From: Octopus vulgaris
Taxonomy: Eukaryota
DNA length: 64,000 nucleotides
Assembly (NCBI GenBank): GCA_951406725.2
Contig: OX597821.1
Location: 50,096,001-50,160,000 of the forward strand
Direction of reading: 5' to 3'
The notes under the pieces are model-generated. The model searched no databases, was not told where the DNA came from, and saw only the letters and a list, made by a program, of their open reading frames with translations. Each line of letters begins with the position of its first letter. Positions within the stretch are counted from its first letter, which is position 1. Made by a program: the position numbers and the translations under genes. This document shows, one piece after another, positions 1 through 12,546 of the stretch.

Positions 1-310
1 GGTTCGCTTTGCAACGGCGTGGTCCCGAATTCGATCCCACTGCTTAATATCTTGGGCAAGTTTCATTATCTATAGCCTCTGATCGACCCATGCCTTGTGA
101 GTGATACTGAGCCGATGGGAATTTAATAGAAACTCGATGAGTATATTGTAGATAAAGTCTTGTTATACACTGTGTCGCGCTGATTCTGCGTTAGAATAGT
201 AACTGTGTCTGTGAAATGCTCACTGACCTATACGTTGATTCAGAAGCAGAAAATTAAGCTGATTGAACAACAGAATCTTAATCGTTGAATGACGGATATC
301 CACTATAAAG
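1..310 (+). mobile_element. Old, diverged tRNA-derived SINE, 5' end cut by the window edge
   Basis: ttcgatcccactg...cttgggcaag...tatagcctc...gccttgtgagtg resembles the SINE-B head. The 150-305 segment resembles the tail of the SINE at 14540-14862. Confidence 0.5.
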
Positions 311-856
311 CTGAAATGCGAAAAAGTTGTTTGTCTCATTTTGGGATGGGAACGGTTTAAGGGGTCGGATTGGCGCCAAAATTTACAGGGACATGTAAAA
401 AGAGGCGACGAAGCGACTGGATTTGGTTAGAAACCCTATCTCAAAAGCTGTGGTTACTAGAGCAACAAAACCCAAACTTTGACAAATGTTGGTCGTTTCT
501 CTCTTTCGGATATCACCCTGTCTTCCCCGATCTCTCTCTTTCCTTCTTTCTCTCCACAATCTCTCTATAACGATGTCTGACACCTTCCACTCTCATTCCC
601 TCTCCGCCTTCGCCGTCTCTCTGTCACTCTTTCTTCGACCACCTCTCTCACTGTACGTCTGTCTGTATCTATAGAGAGAAAGCGTTGACAGCCGCAAAAG
701 TTTAAATATTCCCGCCACAGATCTTTTAGAACGGTGAATTATTATCGACCACCACCACACAATCATAACAGATATTATTAATCAGATATATTGTGTTAAT
801 TTATATATGTGTGTGTGTATAAATATATATATATAATGTGTATACATATATATATG

Positions 857-930
<74 letters not shown>

Positions 931-1213
931 CATGTATATATATATGCGTATATATATATATATATATATATATGATGTGTGCATATGAGGTCGGATTGAG
1001 CTGAAAATATGCACACCTATGTTAAAAGTACTAGCGAGTTTGCATGGCAACTTTGAGTTTGCTCAATTGAAAGGCATGGCCTCTAGGGCAAAATTCCTCA
1101 TCTTTTAAAATGTGGCCCGCGTAGACCCGAATAACATCGGGTTATAATACCGAAACAAGTAAAACAATAATAAACTATTTTAATCCCGAGCAAGGCCTGG
1201 TATATCTGTCTAA

Positions 1214-1720
1214 TCTATAAAATGAAGAAGGCGAACGTTGATACAACTTGGATTTTTATTTAAAAAGGGATCTAAATGGGGCTGGAAGGGGATTAAAATT
1301 TACAGGAGGGGGTAACTTGAGGTGAGAAATTTATTGGGAGACGTTTTGGGGCACTACAGTGGTTGCTTTCGTGTGAAAACGAGGATTTTATTGATTTTTG
1401 GGGACAGTTAGGGGTCTAGATTGGACACCTTTTGCTCGATTTCAATCAAATTTTCAACATGGTAAAGTAGAAGCGTATTTGTAATTTAAGCGCGGAAATC
1501 TAATTTTTTTATAAATGGGAGATAGATAGATAGAGAAAGATAGAGAGTCAGAGAAAGCGAGGTAGAGTCCGAGAGAAAGGAAGAGTAAGAGAGTGGGAAA
1601 GTGAGAGAGAAAGGAGAGAGAAACAAAGAGGAAGAATGTGGCGATAAGAAACAGAAAGGAAGCAACTGAAAGTAACAAACACACCCTCACCGGCGCGTAG
1701 AGCGGGTCACCTTCAGCTAG
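1214..1720 (+). mobile_element. Possible non-autonomous Helitron
   Basis: Starts TCTATAAAA. Ends with a GC-rich hairpin-like ccggcgcgtagagcggg followed by CTAG|T at 1717-1721. Confidence 0.4.
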
Positions 1721-2334
1721 TATTCCTCTATAAAATCCCATGTAGTTAGAGACAGTCTTAAAAAGGAAAAACTGAAGTTCCCAAGATGTCAAAACAGGAA
1801 CAAGAGAAATATTAATAATTTTACCACGGAAATCAGATATATCCTCTCAAAAGTTAATTATCCTTATTTACAGGAATCACTTTTTATTAATCAATCTTTT
1901 GGTGAGGAATGTCATGTTTGAAATTATTTTTGGATGAGATCTGTCAAGTTTATAGGGGCAACGTGGCTCGCAGAAAATACCAATATATGTTTTGGTGAGA
2001 GAAAAAGTTAAAGCGACAGAGAAGGAAAAAAACTAACTGAAATAAAGATCGAAAACATAGAAGCGATAGAAAGAGAGATAAGTGTAAAGCGTTAAAAAAC
2101 ATCGTCCCGTAGTGCAAGATTTTAAAAAGCTTTATCTTGCAATGATTTACAAGTACAATTAGTTAAAATCTTTAAGACTAAAAGAAACTTCGAAACCACA
2201 CTTTGATAAAACTAAAACATTTAAATGTTAAATTTTAAGAATTCTTTAGACACTTGAATAATTGCTAATAATATTGAGTAAAATTTACATAACTCAAGCT
2301 AGATAATAAGCAACTTCTTTCGCTATAGTCTATA

Positions 2335-2750
2335 TTTGACCATTAGTTAATCATTTCACCAATTAACTAATCGGTTGTTCGTTCAGTCAGTCAGTCAACT
2401 AGGTTCGTCAAAGTCCTTTTGTCACCATTCACGACTTCATCGATGACAATGACCTTCCCGAGACACAACAAAACCTGTTTCAACATATATGCTTACACCA
2501 AAAATCTTGCAAACCAAATACAAAAACGGAATCTTACAGTATTTTCTAGTATCTCGGGAGGATCATTATGCCAATAATATAATAAACACACGCAGTCGTT
2601 CTATTTAACTTCTTTGATTATTATCAGTCACTTAGTTGACCATTTAATCAATTAATTAATCGATCGTTCTATAAATATTTCGGTCAACCAATCACTCAGC
2701 TAGATTTGTCAAAGTGCTTTCGTCGTCATTAACGATCTCATTGTTGACAT
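2335..2750. repeat. Degenerate ~115-bp direct repeat pair, ~300 bp apart
   Basis: ccaattaactaatcggttgttc...ctaggttcgtcaaagtcc vs tcaattaattaatcgatcgttc...ctagatttgtcaaagtgc. Confidence 0.4.
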
Positions 2751-3526
2751 GCTCTCTCTCACTCTTCCTCTTTCTCTTTCTCTCTCTCATTCTCCCTCTC
2801 TCTATGTCTGCTTCAAATGAAATATTGAAATATTGCTTTTTCTATAAAGATGAGGTTACAAGTTCGAAAGATTATAATCGAACTGTGGTTACTATTTAGC
2901 CTTTGTCAAGTCCCAATAGATCGGACCTAAAAAGACTGTCTACTATTATACTTTTATAGATACAGAACTACCTAATTTAATGTCTTTTAAAAACAATTCT
3001 AAGGTGTGGCATGAGAAGAATTTGTCTGCCATATATCATAGACAAATTTTTCTCACATCACACCCAAAGATTTCCCTCGTCGGCTCAATTATTAAATAAG
3101 TATTTCTGCATCATTCAGAGAAGTAGATTCATCCATGTATAACCTGCGTTGAAATGCATAAGATTTTCTGTTTTTTAGACGACTATATCATTTCACGGAG
3201 CGCAGCCTACACGCCATTACTACGCCATTCAGTTCTCCATCGTTGGCAACACACTAGCATACTGACACACCACATGGTTGACATTCAAATACTTCCTAAT
3301 ATTTGTAATTACTGAGGTTTTGGTTTCCTACAAATAGGAATTCGCACATAAACACATACACACACACATACCCACACCCACACAGATGCACAGATATATA
3401 TGCATACACACATTTGTCTATGCATATATATATTCACATATATGAATATATATATATATGCATATATAGGTGTGTGTGTGTATGTATATATATGTATATA
3501 TGTATATATATGTAAAGTATATGTGT

Positions 3527-3739
3527 GCATCGTGTGTACCGTTGGCGATTTTTTCCCTCTGTCTTCCCTTCTCGGGATCTTTCCTTCTCGGGATCTTTCC
3601 TTCTCCTATGTTTCCGACGAAGAGCTCCGCTCGAAACGTTAAACCCTCCTTCTTCCCTTCTTTCCTGAGCGTCCAATAATACAATATTTGTTCCACGTCC
3701 TCGCGTTGTTGTTTTTTTTGTGTTTTCTTGTTTGGATTA

Positions 3740-3745
<6 letters not shown>
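3527..3745 (+). mobile_element. Short PLE-derived module, family A, ending in (TA)n
   Basis: Recurs at 15650-15870(-), 26344-26540(-) and 32872-33052(+), with a 5' piece at 6480-6524. Common 3' end ttggattaacttta(ta)n. Carries a hammerhead motif. Confidence 0.7.
3609..3644 (+). ncRNA. Minimal type I hammerhead-like motif (CCGA core variant)
   Basis: gttt-CCGACGA-a-GAGC-tcc-GCTC-GAAAC-GTT-aaac; palindromic AACGTT stem III. Confidence 0.6.
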
Positions 3746-3811
<66 letters not shown>

Positions 3812-4095
3812 TATATATACATAAATATATATACATATAGACGTATATACATACATAGACATATATTCTCACAGGTGTGTATATATATATATATATATAT
3901 TACATACATGTATGCATATGAGCATGTGTGTAAGTATGTATATATATATATATATAGATAGATAGATAAACAGACGTGTAAGTATATGTGTAAGTATATG
4001 CGGATGTGTGTTCTTATGTGTGTATGTGTGTTTGTGTGCCTGTGCATGCCGGCTTTTGAGTGTGTCAATATTTTTTGCCTATATATACATGTGTG

Positions 4096-4127
<32 letters not shown>

Positions 4128-4448
4128 TGTATGTATGTATGTATGTATGTATGCATGTATGTATGTATGTATGTATGTATGTATGTATGTATGTATGTAT
4201 GTATGTATGTATGTATGTATGTATGTATGTATGTATGTATGTACGTGTTTGTGTACGTATGTGAATGTACGTCTTTAACCATATATGTAGCTACAAATAT
4301 CGGTATTTATGAGAAGGTATTAGCAAAGACAGGTTAGGTGGGGAATTTAAGTGCACTCACTTATGTGTATAAATCATCAAGTTATTAAGAGTGCGTGTGT
4401 CTATGTGTGTGTGAATGCTTTTGTTTGCTTTATGAGTGGACATGTCTG

Positions 4449-4510
<62 letters not shown>

Positions 4511-4512
<2 letters not shown>

Positions 4513-4914
4513 ATAGTTATCGCCATACTAATATGGCATTCTTATAAAAATAAGAATAAAGCTGTCCGCTTATTAGCTCCATGAGGCCATCGCCTTAAGT
4601 TAGCTATTTGATACACAAACTGTATCCATATAACCTTCGAACAAGGGAGGTCAGTCGCTCCACACTACTTGACCGGCAGCTACAGACGCGTTTCGGGGTA
4701 TTGCCCCTTTTCAATGCAGCGTAGCCAGCCAGTAGGTGTCGCTTCCGACAATCTCTGTTCGATGGTTTTATTTACCTAGTTTCGGTGGAATACATCCACT
4801 TGTTTTCAATAATAGAAATATTAAAATTACTAAGTCTCTCTAAAAGAGAACAGCGGTAGCGTTCCCGGAAAATAATAGTTATCGCCATACTAATATGGCA
4901 TTCTTATAAAAATA
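4511..4914 (-). mobile_element. PLE-like module (family D) with a 42-bp terminal direct repeat and two degenerate hammerhead-like motifs
   Basis: taatagttatcgccatactaatatggcattcttataaaaata at 4511-4552 and 4873-4914. Minus strand TTGAAAA-GGGG-caata-CCCC-GAAACGCGTC (4681-4718) and TTGAAAA..GTGGA-tgtat-TCCAC-c-GAAACTAGGTA (4768-4815). Confidence 0.5.
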
Positions 4915-5051
4915 GTTTTAAACACAGTTTTGTGTGTTTCTTAAATGGCTTATAAACATCTTCTACGCTGCAATTGTTTTCGTTCCAGCACACGATCTCA
5001 GATCAAATCACTCGCTATGCAAGTACATCTCCGTAATATATATATATATAT

Positions 5052-5755
5052 AGGTTATAAAATGAGATAGGGGTTGAGAATTCAACCCACCATGGGATAA
5101 TATATATCCAATATACTGCCAGATAGGTACCCAACAAGACTAATACATAGATGTTAAAAATTGTCCAACAATCAGTTCATCTATTGTATTATATGGGTAA
5201 AGGTAATAATATTACCGTAAATTAATACTACAAAATTAGAGAATGGAGAAACATGCTTAAATCAATAAAACATCAACTATCCGATGATACCCAATCAATA
5301 CTTTAATACACCATTACATATGAGTAAAGGCATTCAAAATATACAGTAATAGTAAAAGTAAAAAGACAAAGAGATATAAGTAAAAAATTTCAAATATAAT
5401 ATGTAATTAAATCAAAACTGACAGCTGTTTCGGCAGTGAGGGCAGTCATACCTCATTTAACATATAAGCCATAAAGGCAGGTATAAATGAGGCATTAACA
5501 AGGGTGCCCCACGGCCTCTTCAGAGAATTAAATTAAATTTGTTATAATTGTGAAAAATATTATATAACCATATACATATAAATATAAAAATATAAAAATG
5601 TAAAATATAAAAACTTATACATCATAATGCTACACTTATATAATATAATACTCATTGGTACAATAATGGTGTATTAAAGTATTGATTGGGTATCATCGGA
5701 TAGTTGATGTTTTATTGATTTAAGCATGTTTCTCCATTCTCTAATTTTGTAGTAT
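5052..5755 (-). mobile_element. PLE-like module (family E) with an inverted 5' duplication
   Basis: ~92-bp inverted repeat, 5225-5316 vs 5664-5755. Flanked by (TA)n on both sides. Contains a hammerhead motif. Confidence 0.6.
5417..5527 (-). ncRNA. Hammerhead-like motif with enlarged stem II
   Basis: CTGAAGA-GGC..gtgggca..atgcctcattta/taaatgaggtat..tgccctcac..GCC-GAAACAGCTGTC. Confidence 0.55.
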
Positions 5756-5777
5756 ATATATATATATATATATATAT

Positions 5778-5925
5778 CGCAACCATATGGTCTCGGATTT
5801 AGTCTAACTGCGTGGCACCTCGGGCAAGTGTCTTCTACTATAGCCACGGATTGACCAAAGCTTTGCGAGTGGATCTGAAAGAGAGAAACTCAAAGAAGCC
5901 CGTCATATATGCATATATATGTATA

Positions 5926-5969
<44 letters not shown>

Positions 5970-5990
5970 TTTGTGTGTGTGTGTCTCTGT
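5778..5990 (+). mobile_element. SINE-B, partial
   Basis: ctgcgtggcacctcgggcaagtgtcttctactatagcc...gaagcccgtc, then an internal (TG)n. Confidence 0.75.
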
Positions 5991-6314
5991 GACAGAATGC
6001 AGTAAAGTGTTTCCCTGATGATCCACTGCAGCGAGGCATCTATATACACTTGGAATATCCAATGTTGAGTTCCAAATAAATACAGTCGTGAAACGTACGT
6101 AGGAAATGATTATCTATACAAGTGTTTATCCTAATTCCTTCTACATATGTTTTGTATATCATAACTAGTAACACTGATAAGTACAGTGGTCGATTAACTA
6201 CTATACTGGAAGACGACTGAATGATGATAATCTACGTGGAGCACTAAGTCATGCCGTAGTAGTTGTACATCTAACTGTACACACAAAATATACACACGCA
6301 CACACACATATGTA

Positions 6315-6355
<41 letters not shown>

Positions 6356-6479
6356 TTTTTAGAAAAACCTAAACCCGGATAAGCACACTCAAAGATGTAG
6401 AGCAGTTGATCCGGTTTCCTCCATTATGTGTGTGTGTGTGTGTATACATGCATATATATATAAATGTGTGTGTGTGTGT

Positions 6480-6748
6480 GTGACCTCGTGAGTATCGCTG
6501 GCGATCTTTTTCCTCTGTCTTCCTCTAGAGAGTGAGGTGGAGGAAAGAAAATAGATGCAAGATATGACCTCACTCTCTATTTTGTATCATCTAAACTAAC
6601 TATGACTTAACTTTCCTCTCACACCGTCTCCGATGAAGGAATATTATTAATAAATATCCTAGAAACAGCTGTAAGACCTTCTATCTATAAATGCTCTGAT
6701 ATCTATACAGCCTTGGAGTTTTTTTTATCTTATTACGCAAAAAATTGT

Positions 6749-6781
<33 letters not shown>

Positions 6782-7021
6782 AATAAATATCCTAGACCTT
6801 CTATCTATAAGTGCTCTAATATCTATACAGCCTTGGTTTTTTTATCCTGTTACGCAAAAAATTCTTATATACATACGCTGACATAGAACCAACGTTAAAC
6901 TCTTTATTCGCAATATTATCGAATCTGGAACTTAACTATGGTCTTGTCTATAGCACTTATTCAGCATTACCTGACACCTCTGGGTCTCAATGACACCATT
7001 ATCTCTTATAACCTCAACTTC

Positions 7022-7025
<4 letters not shown>
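6480..7025 (+). mobile_element. PLE-like module (family F) as a partial tandem split by (TA)n
   Basis: Segment 6642-6750 is repeated at 6776-6870. A 13-bp hairpin stem spans 6526-6579. The 5' end is fused to a family A fragment. Confidence 0.55.
6626..6677 (+). ncRNA. Type I hammerhead-like motif (CCGA core variant)
   Basis: gtct-CCGATGA-aggaatatt..aatatcct-a-GAAACAGCTGTA-agac. Confidence 0.6.
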
Positions 7026-7092
<67 letters not shown>

Positions 7093-7297
7093 GGTTAGAA
7101 CATATGATCCGGGCGCTTAGCTCACGATTCACCTCTACGGAAAGTACTTATCTGCAGCAGAATGGAGGCTTGAAAAGATGACTTTGGTAAGATCTGAACT
7201 CTAAATGGCAAATCTTGCCATACACAATGTGTCCTGCTCATTCTGCCTAAAGATAACGTTTAAAATACAAATTGTCAGCTATATATCATTGAGTAGG

Positions 7298-7724
7298 GGG
7301 CGGCGAGCTGGCAGAATCGTTAGCACGCCGGGCGAAATGCTTAGCGGTATTTCGTCTGTCGTTACGTTGTGAGTTCAAATTCCACCGAGGTCGACTTTGC
7401 CTTTCATCCTTTCGGAGGTCGATAAATTAAGTACCAGTTACGCACTGGGGTCGATGTAATCGACTTAATACCTATGTCTGTCCTTGTTTGTCCCCCTCTG
7501 TGTTTAGTCCCTTGTGGGTAATAAAGAAATAGGTATTTCGCCTGCCGTTACGTTCTGAGTTCAAATTCCACCGAGGTCGACTTTGCCTTTCATCCTTTCG
7601 GAGGTCGATTAAATAAGTACCAGTTACGCACTGGGGTCGATGTAATCGACTTAATCCCTCCGTCTGTCCTTATTTCTCCCCTCTATGTTTAACCCCTTGT
7701 GGGCAATAAAGAAATAAATATATG
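7298..7724 (+). mobile_element. SINE-A dimer (tRNA-derived) with 14-bp TSD
   Basis: A-box-like tggcagaatcgtta and B-box-like gttcaaattc. Second monomer starts at 7532. TSD tatcattgagtagg at 7284-7297 and 7725-7738. Confidence 0.9.
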
Positions 7725-8773
7725 TATCATTGAGTAGGCTATATAGTTGAATAAACAACTGGAAGGTTCATCATGGAAACCAACGATCTACCTGTATGTG
7801 TACGCGAAGATGTGTGTGTGCGTGTTCTTGATTTATGTTTTAATTTTCACTGAAGACAGGGAAATGACTTAACAGAAACAGTAGAACATCGAACAAAATG
7901 CTTTACAATATTTATTTGTGGCTCATTGTGTTCTGGGTTCAAATCGTACCAGAGTAATCTTTAACTTACTCCTTTCTGTAATCAATACAATAAATACTAA
8001 TCAGCACTGGGATCGATAAAATAAGTTTTAGCTAAATGCTGAAGTTGATATGATGGAATATAACCACCCTCTTCCTTTACTTGCCGGATTTTTTAAACAT
8101 TGTATCAATACCAGAGATCAAATATCCGCTTAGGTAAGGTATATGTCGCTGAGCACTTTAGAGGGTAAAGAAGGAAAGATGAAGTTCATAAAATTAATTG
8201 AGCTTACAAAAATAAAACATAGAATAAGAAAAGTACATTTGTCAGTTAGGTGATCTTGAAGGTGACAGTAGAAAATATGAAACAATGGAGGCCGTGAAAA
8301 AGTGTTGGTGACATTATTGTTGTTGATATTGCATGTACCGAATAAACAAGGATTTATTTTCAAATGTTTGTCTGTGAGAACAATGACAGGACGAAGAGAA
8401 GAAATGTCAGCGGATCTGGAAATTCACTTTAGAAAAAAAAAACTATCATAAAAAATTCCATTTCTTCTCAATAGCACTTGAAGAGAGTACAGCAGCTCGC
8501 AATGTTATTCATTGAATAAACACAACTTATGGCATTTTTGAGGAGTTTGTTCAGCTGGCATGTATCAAAGGTATTACCACAGGAGCAGACATTCTTGTAG
8601 CTTTGCTACAATGTTCAGTAGTCATGAATACAGACTTTAAGAAATCTAGTATCTATAACAACCGAGAGAGTGCCAGCTTTTTGGGGGTGAAATATACGTG
8701 TTCCGTCTACTTCAATGATGCATGGAAGACCTCGAATTAAACACAATGTTAGAAAAGATAGTTATAGTGATGG

Positions 8774-9072
8774 ATCTTTACCTTTTGACCGACAGATTTT
8801 AAAAATAATTTTTTGTAAATAAACACTTTCAAACTTCGGACAGGTAGAATGTGTCATATAAAACATCTTTTACTCTTAGCATTTTTGAGAAAAACTTATA
8901 TTTACGAAGTTATTTCACGTTAAAGTAGTCGTAATTCGGTAATTTCAACCAATCAATGACGTTTATTCAGCTGAATAAAATTATATATGACACATTCTAC
9001 CAGTGTCCGAAATTTGAAAGTGTTTAGTTACAAAAAATTACTTTTTAAATTTGTCGGTCAAAAGGTAAAGAT
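8774..9072. mobile_element. MITE with ~87-bp TIRs, nested in the hAT relic
   Basis: atctttaccttttgaccgaca...gtgtcatata (8774-8860) is inverted at 8984-9072. Confidence 0.8.
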
Positions 9073-9266
9073 TTTGCCTCGAAGGTTGAACCACCATCAA
9101 ACTTTTGCAGCGTTCATGGCTGGAATAAAATACCATACTAGAAGGAATATTTTTAATACAGCGATAAATACCAAATTTCCTTGAGAATAAAATTGCAAAT
9201 GATACAGAATTTCGCGTTCCTAAATGTCGTTCAAGCCTTACATTTCTAGTGGATTTAACAGTTCAT

Positions 9267-9494
9267 TTAACCCTTTAGCATTTAAACCGGCCATATCCGG
9301 CCTAAATTTTCTACTTCTTTTATGTTCAAACCATCTAGATCTGGCCTCTCACTCATATCCTACAATGACATCCTCAAAATAAACCATCACATCATCAAAT
9401 TCTCAGATCTACAAGATAATGCAGGATTAACTCAAAACAATGTGAATGAAAAAGCATTATATTTGACAGAGTAATCTGAACACAACAGCTTGAA
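9267..9494 (+). mobile_element. piggyBac-like non-autonomous element
   Basis: Begins TTAA-CCCTTTAGCATT. A homologous right end at 46745-46850 finishes ctgaatactaaagga-TTAA. Confidence 0.5.
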
Positions 9495-10165
9495 ATTGCA
9501 GCTACAGTGATTAGGAGTAGGAAGCCAGTTGATACATAACATGTAAAAAATATATGTTCGTCTTCAGAACAAATCTATAATTATGAGTCTGATGTAGATA
9601 TCAGATCTATCCCTATTCCACTACACTCAAAGAGGAAAAATCTACAGACAGTAACATTCATTTTGGCTGTGATGTTTCACTTAAGAAATTCAATTTCTTC
9701 CCATTCTACTGGCATTCTTTCACACAAAGTCGATTTCAGGTTATTTAGTAGTTCGTCTGATATAGTTTTTAAAAACTACAAACTACACGAGGAAGCAATT
9801 TCAAATTTAAATTTAGGCTAAATTTCTCCCACAGTTGGTGACGGAGGTTCTCCACTCTTGTCACAGAGGATCTATGGTTGGCAAAGAGATATTTACAATG
9901 TATAGCTTCTTGTGTAGGTGGAGTTTAGTAGACAGCATCTGAAGTTATCGAAATAAACTAGCAAAAAAGAAGACACAGCATGGCATCAGCGCATGGATTA
10001 AACGATTTCCAGGAAAGACAAAAGATTATAGACCAGAGTAATTAATTTCTTCTGAAGGCAATTCAGGGTGAAAGTGATCGAAGGATATACGCTATTTTAA
10101 AATGACAGAGAATTCGCCATGGTTTTTTTTAAGTATCTGCTCAGAGTGTGCATGAACATGCACAA

Positions 10166-10215
<50 letters not shown>

Positions 10216-10373
10216 ATACACAAACATGTATGCACACACATACACAAACATACACGTACATACGCACGCGTGCGCGTACACATACACACATATATATATA
10301 TCCACACACATAATTACATACAATTACGGATAGATGGATAGATTGACAGACAAACAGACAGACAGACAGATAT

Positions 10374-10442
<69 letters not shown>

Positions 10443-10509
10443 AAAAGGAGGAGGTGGAGGAGGGGAGAAGAAGAAGAAGAAGAAGAAGAAGAAGAAGAAG
10501 AAGAACAAC

Positions 10510-10543
<34 letters not shown>

Positions 10544-11786
10544 GCAGTAGCAACAGAGAAGGGGAGTGTAAGATAAATGAAGATGAGGAAGTAAAATATA
10601 ATTTATGAAAGAAAATTAAGATTAACATAAATTACGGATGATATTGTGATAATCAGGTGTTTGAGAAAATTAACCTAATTTTTATTCAAAAAGTAAGGTT
10701 TATTTCCCAGCAAGGGGAGATAAATAACAAAATACTGAGCTCTGTGGAGGAGGATGTTTGGAAGATAGTTTTTAATAGAATGAGGTGGGAGTAGAACTTG
10801 AAAAAATAGTGGAAATGGAAATAACGAAGGTTTCAACAGGGATAATCTATTATAACTAGCCGCCAAAATAAAATTTTAAAAATATATAAATTTAAAAATT
10901 GAGTAATTATAAGAACATAAGATAATAAAAAATAATTGTAAATAAAGTTATTGCCAATCATATAAAATCACATCTATATACAAAAAGAACCAGAATATTT
11001 TCAAGGATATTAAGATCTAAGGAGATTTCCTCACTTCTCACTAATCTCTGCTTGCATAATCCATCCTATAACGCAGTAGTCACACCTATAACCAAATTGC
11101 TGGTCTTCATACTCAAGAAACATTTCTCACCCCAATACTGTATTATAAAAAATTCAATACGAGTACAATAAAAATTCCTCACTCCACAACCTTCAGCACT
11201 GAACACACTAAAGCCGTCTCTTATGTATCTAAGCTCCAAAGTATGCAGGACCCATTCAATCGAAAATTACATTGCTCTCACCACCAAAATCTCGCTAAAT
11301 CAGTTATAACCAGTATACATTGTCTTTCAGGCACAAAGGACAATAAACATTTGGGAAACTCTACACAGGAGAAGAGAAGACTGGTGAAATATTTTTGCAG
11401 AAAAATCCAAAATGTCCCTCTAATTAACAGACGTTCTGAAACGTTGTTTTCTTACAACCATAAAATCTTATTTTTGCCAGTACATATGTATATGTTGTAC
11501 CAACAACATTGCCTTTGAAATCTTATGGCTAAACATTATTATTATTTATCATTCATCATTCTCTGGCTATTATTATTATTCGTTTGTTATTTTTCGTTGT
11601 TTTTATCATTAAGTTTATCTTCTATTTACCCTGTTGATGTTTTTGTCGATATATTTTTTTTTAAAGAAGCACCATTACCAACATCAAGTTTATGGCAACT
11701 TTACAGCCTTAAAATTATTTCTATTTTTCTTTCTATCTCACAACTATACTTAGCGACATTTCATCCGTTTTTACGTTCTGAGTTCA

Positions 11787-12546
11787 TAGCGAAAACAGCC
11801 GAAATGTTTAGTGTATCAAGAAGTACTATCTCCAAAGTAATTACAGCCTATGAGAAAGAGGGAAAACCCTCTTCGTCGAAAGAAAACTGCGGAAGGAAAC
11901 CAAAACTTTCAGATATGGACCGTCGGACTCTTACGCGAATTGCTAGAAAGGATCACAAAAGTACAGCTCCCAAAATTATTGCAGAGCTTAATGACTACCT
12001 CGAGAACACAGTTTCCGCAAAAACTGTTCGGCGGGAGCTGCACAAAGCCGGATTTCACGGGAGGGCTGCAATAAGAAACCACTACTTTCAAAAATAGAAA
12101 ACTATGGAGGAGGATCTGTGATGATCTGGGAGCTATATCTTGGAAATCCGCCAGCCCAATGGCTTCCCTTCATGGCAGAATTAATAAATACTATTTAAGC
12201 ATTTTATCTGATCAAATTCATCCTATGGTTGCGGAACAGTTTCTGGAGAGAAATGCAATCTTTCAGGATGATAATGCCCCAATTCACACAGCTAAACTTG
12301 TTACTGAATGGCACGAGGAACATTCTAATGAAGTTGAACATCTTATCTGGCCACCCCAGATCTCAATATTATTGAACATTTATGGGACATTTTAGAAAAA
12401 CAAGGAGTCGATATCCTTCACCATCATCACTACAAGAACTGGAGACTGCTTTAGCTGAACAACGGACAAAAATTCCTTTGGAAACAATTCAAACTTTGTA
12501 CGAGTCCATATCTCATAGAATTCAAGCTGTAATTACTGCCAAAGGT
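11787..12546 (+). pseudogene. Tc1-like transposase fragment, internally deleted, same family as 55928-57186
   Basis: KTAEMFSVSRSTISKV..GRKPKLS..RRELHKAGFHGRAA; GGGSVMIW; FQDDNAPIHTA. The first catalytic Asp region is deleted near 12095. Confidence 0.9.

Larger units (their letters stand above)
8150..9850 (+). pseudogene. Decayed hAT (Charlie/SPIN/GTF2IRD2-like) transposase
   Basis: Collinear motifs by manual translation: CLSVRTMTGRREEMSADL, FFSIALEEST, KGITTGADI, LVSITTERVPAFLG, RRLNHHQ, LTFLVDLTVHL. Many stops and deletions. Confidence 0.7.

Noticed and set aside
10640-11500. Possible ancient CR1/L2-like LINE remnants
   Set aside because: Only vague motif resemblance; could not be supported by manual translation.
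11525-12097. 190-aa ORF with a hydrophobic N-terminus and HTH region, as a possible domesticated membrane-anchored transposase
   Set aside because: The N-terminus is T-rich low-complexity DNA plus a SINE fragment read through by chance into a deleted Tc1 piece.
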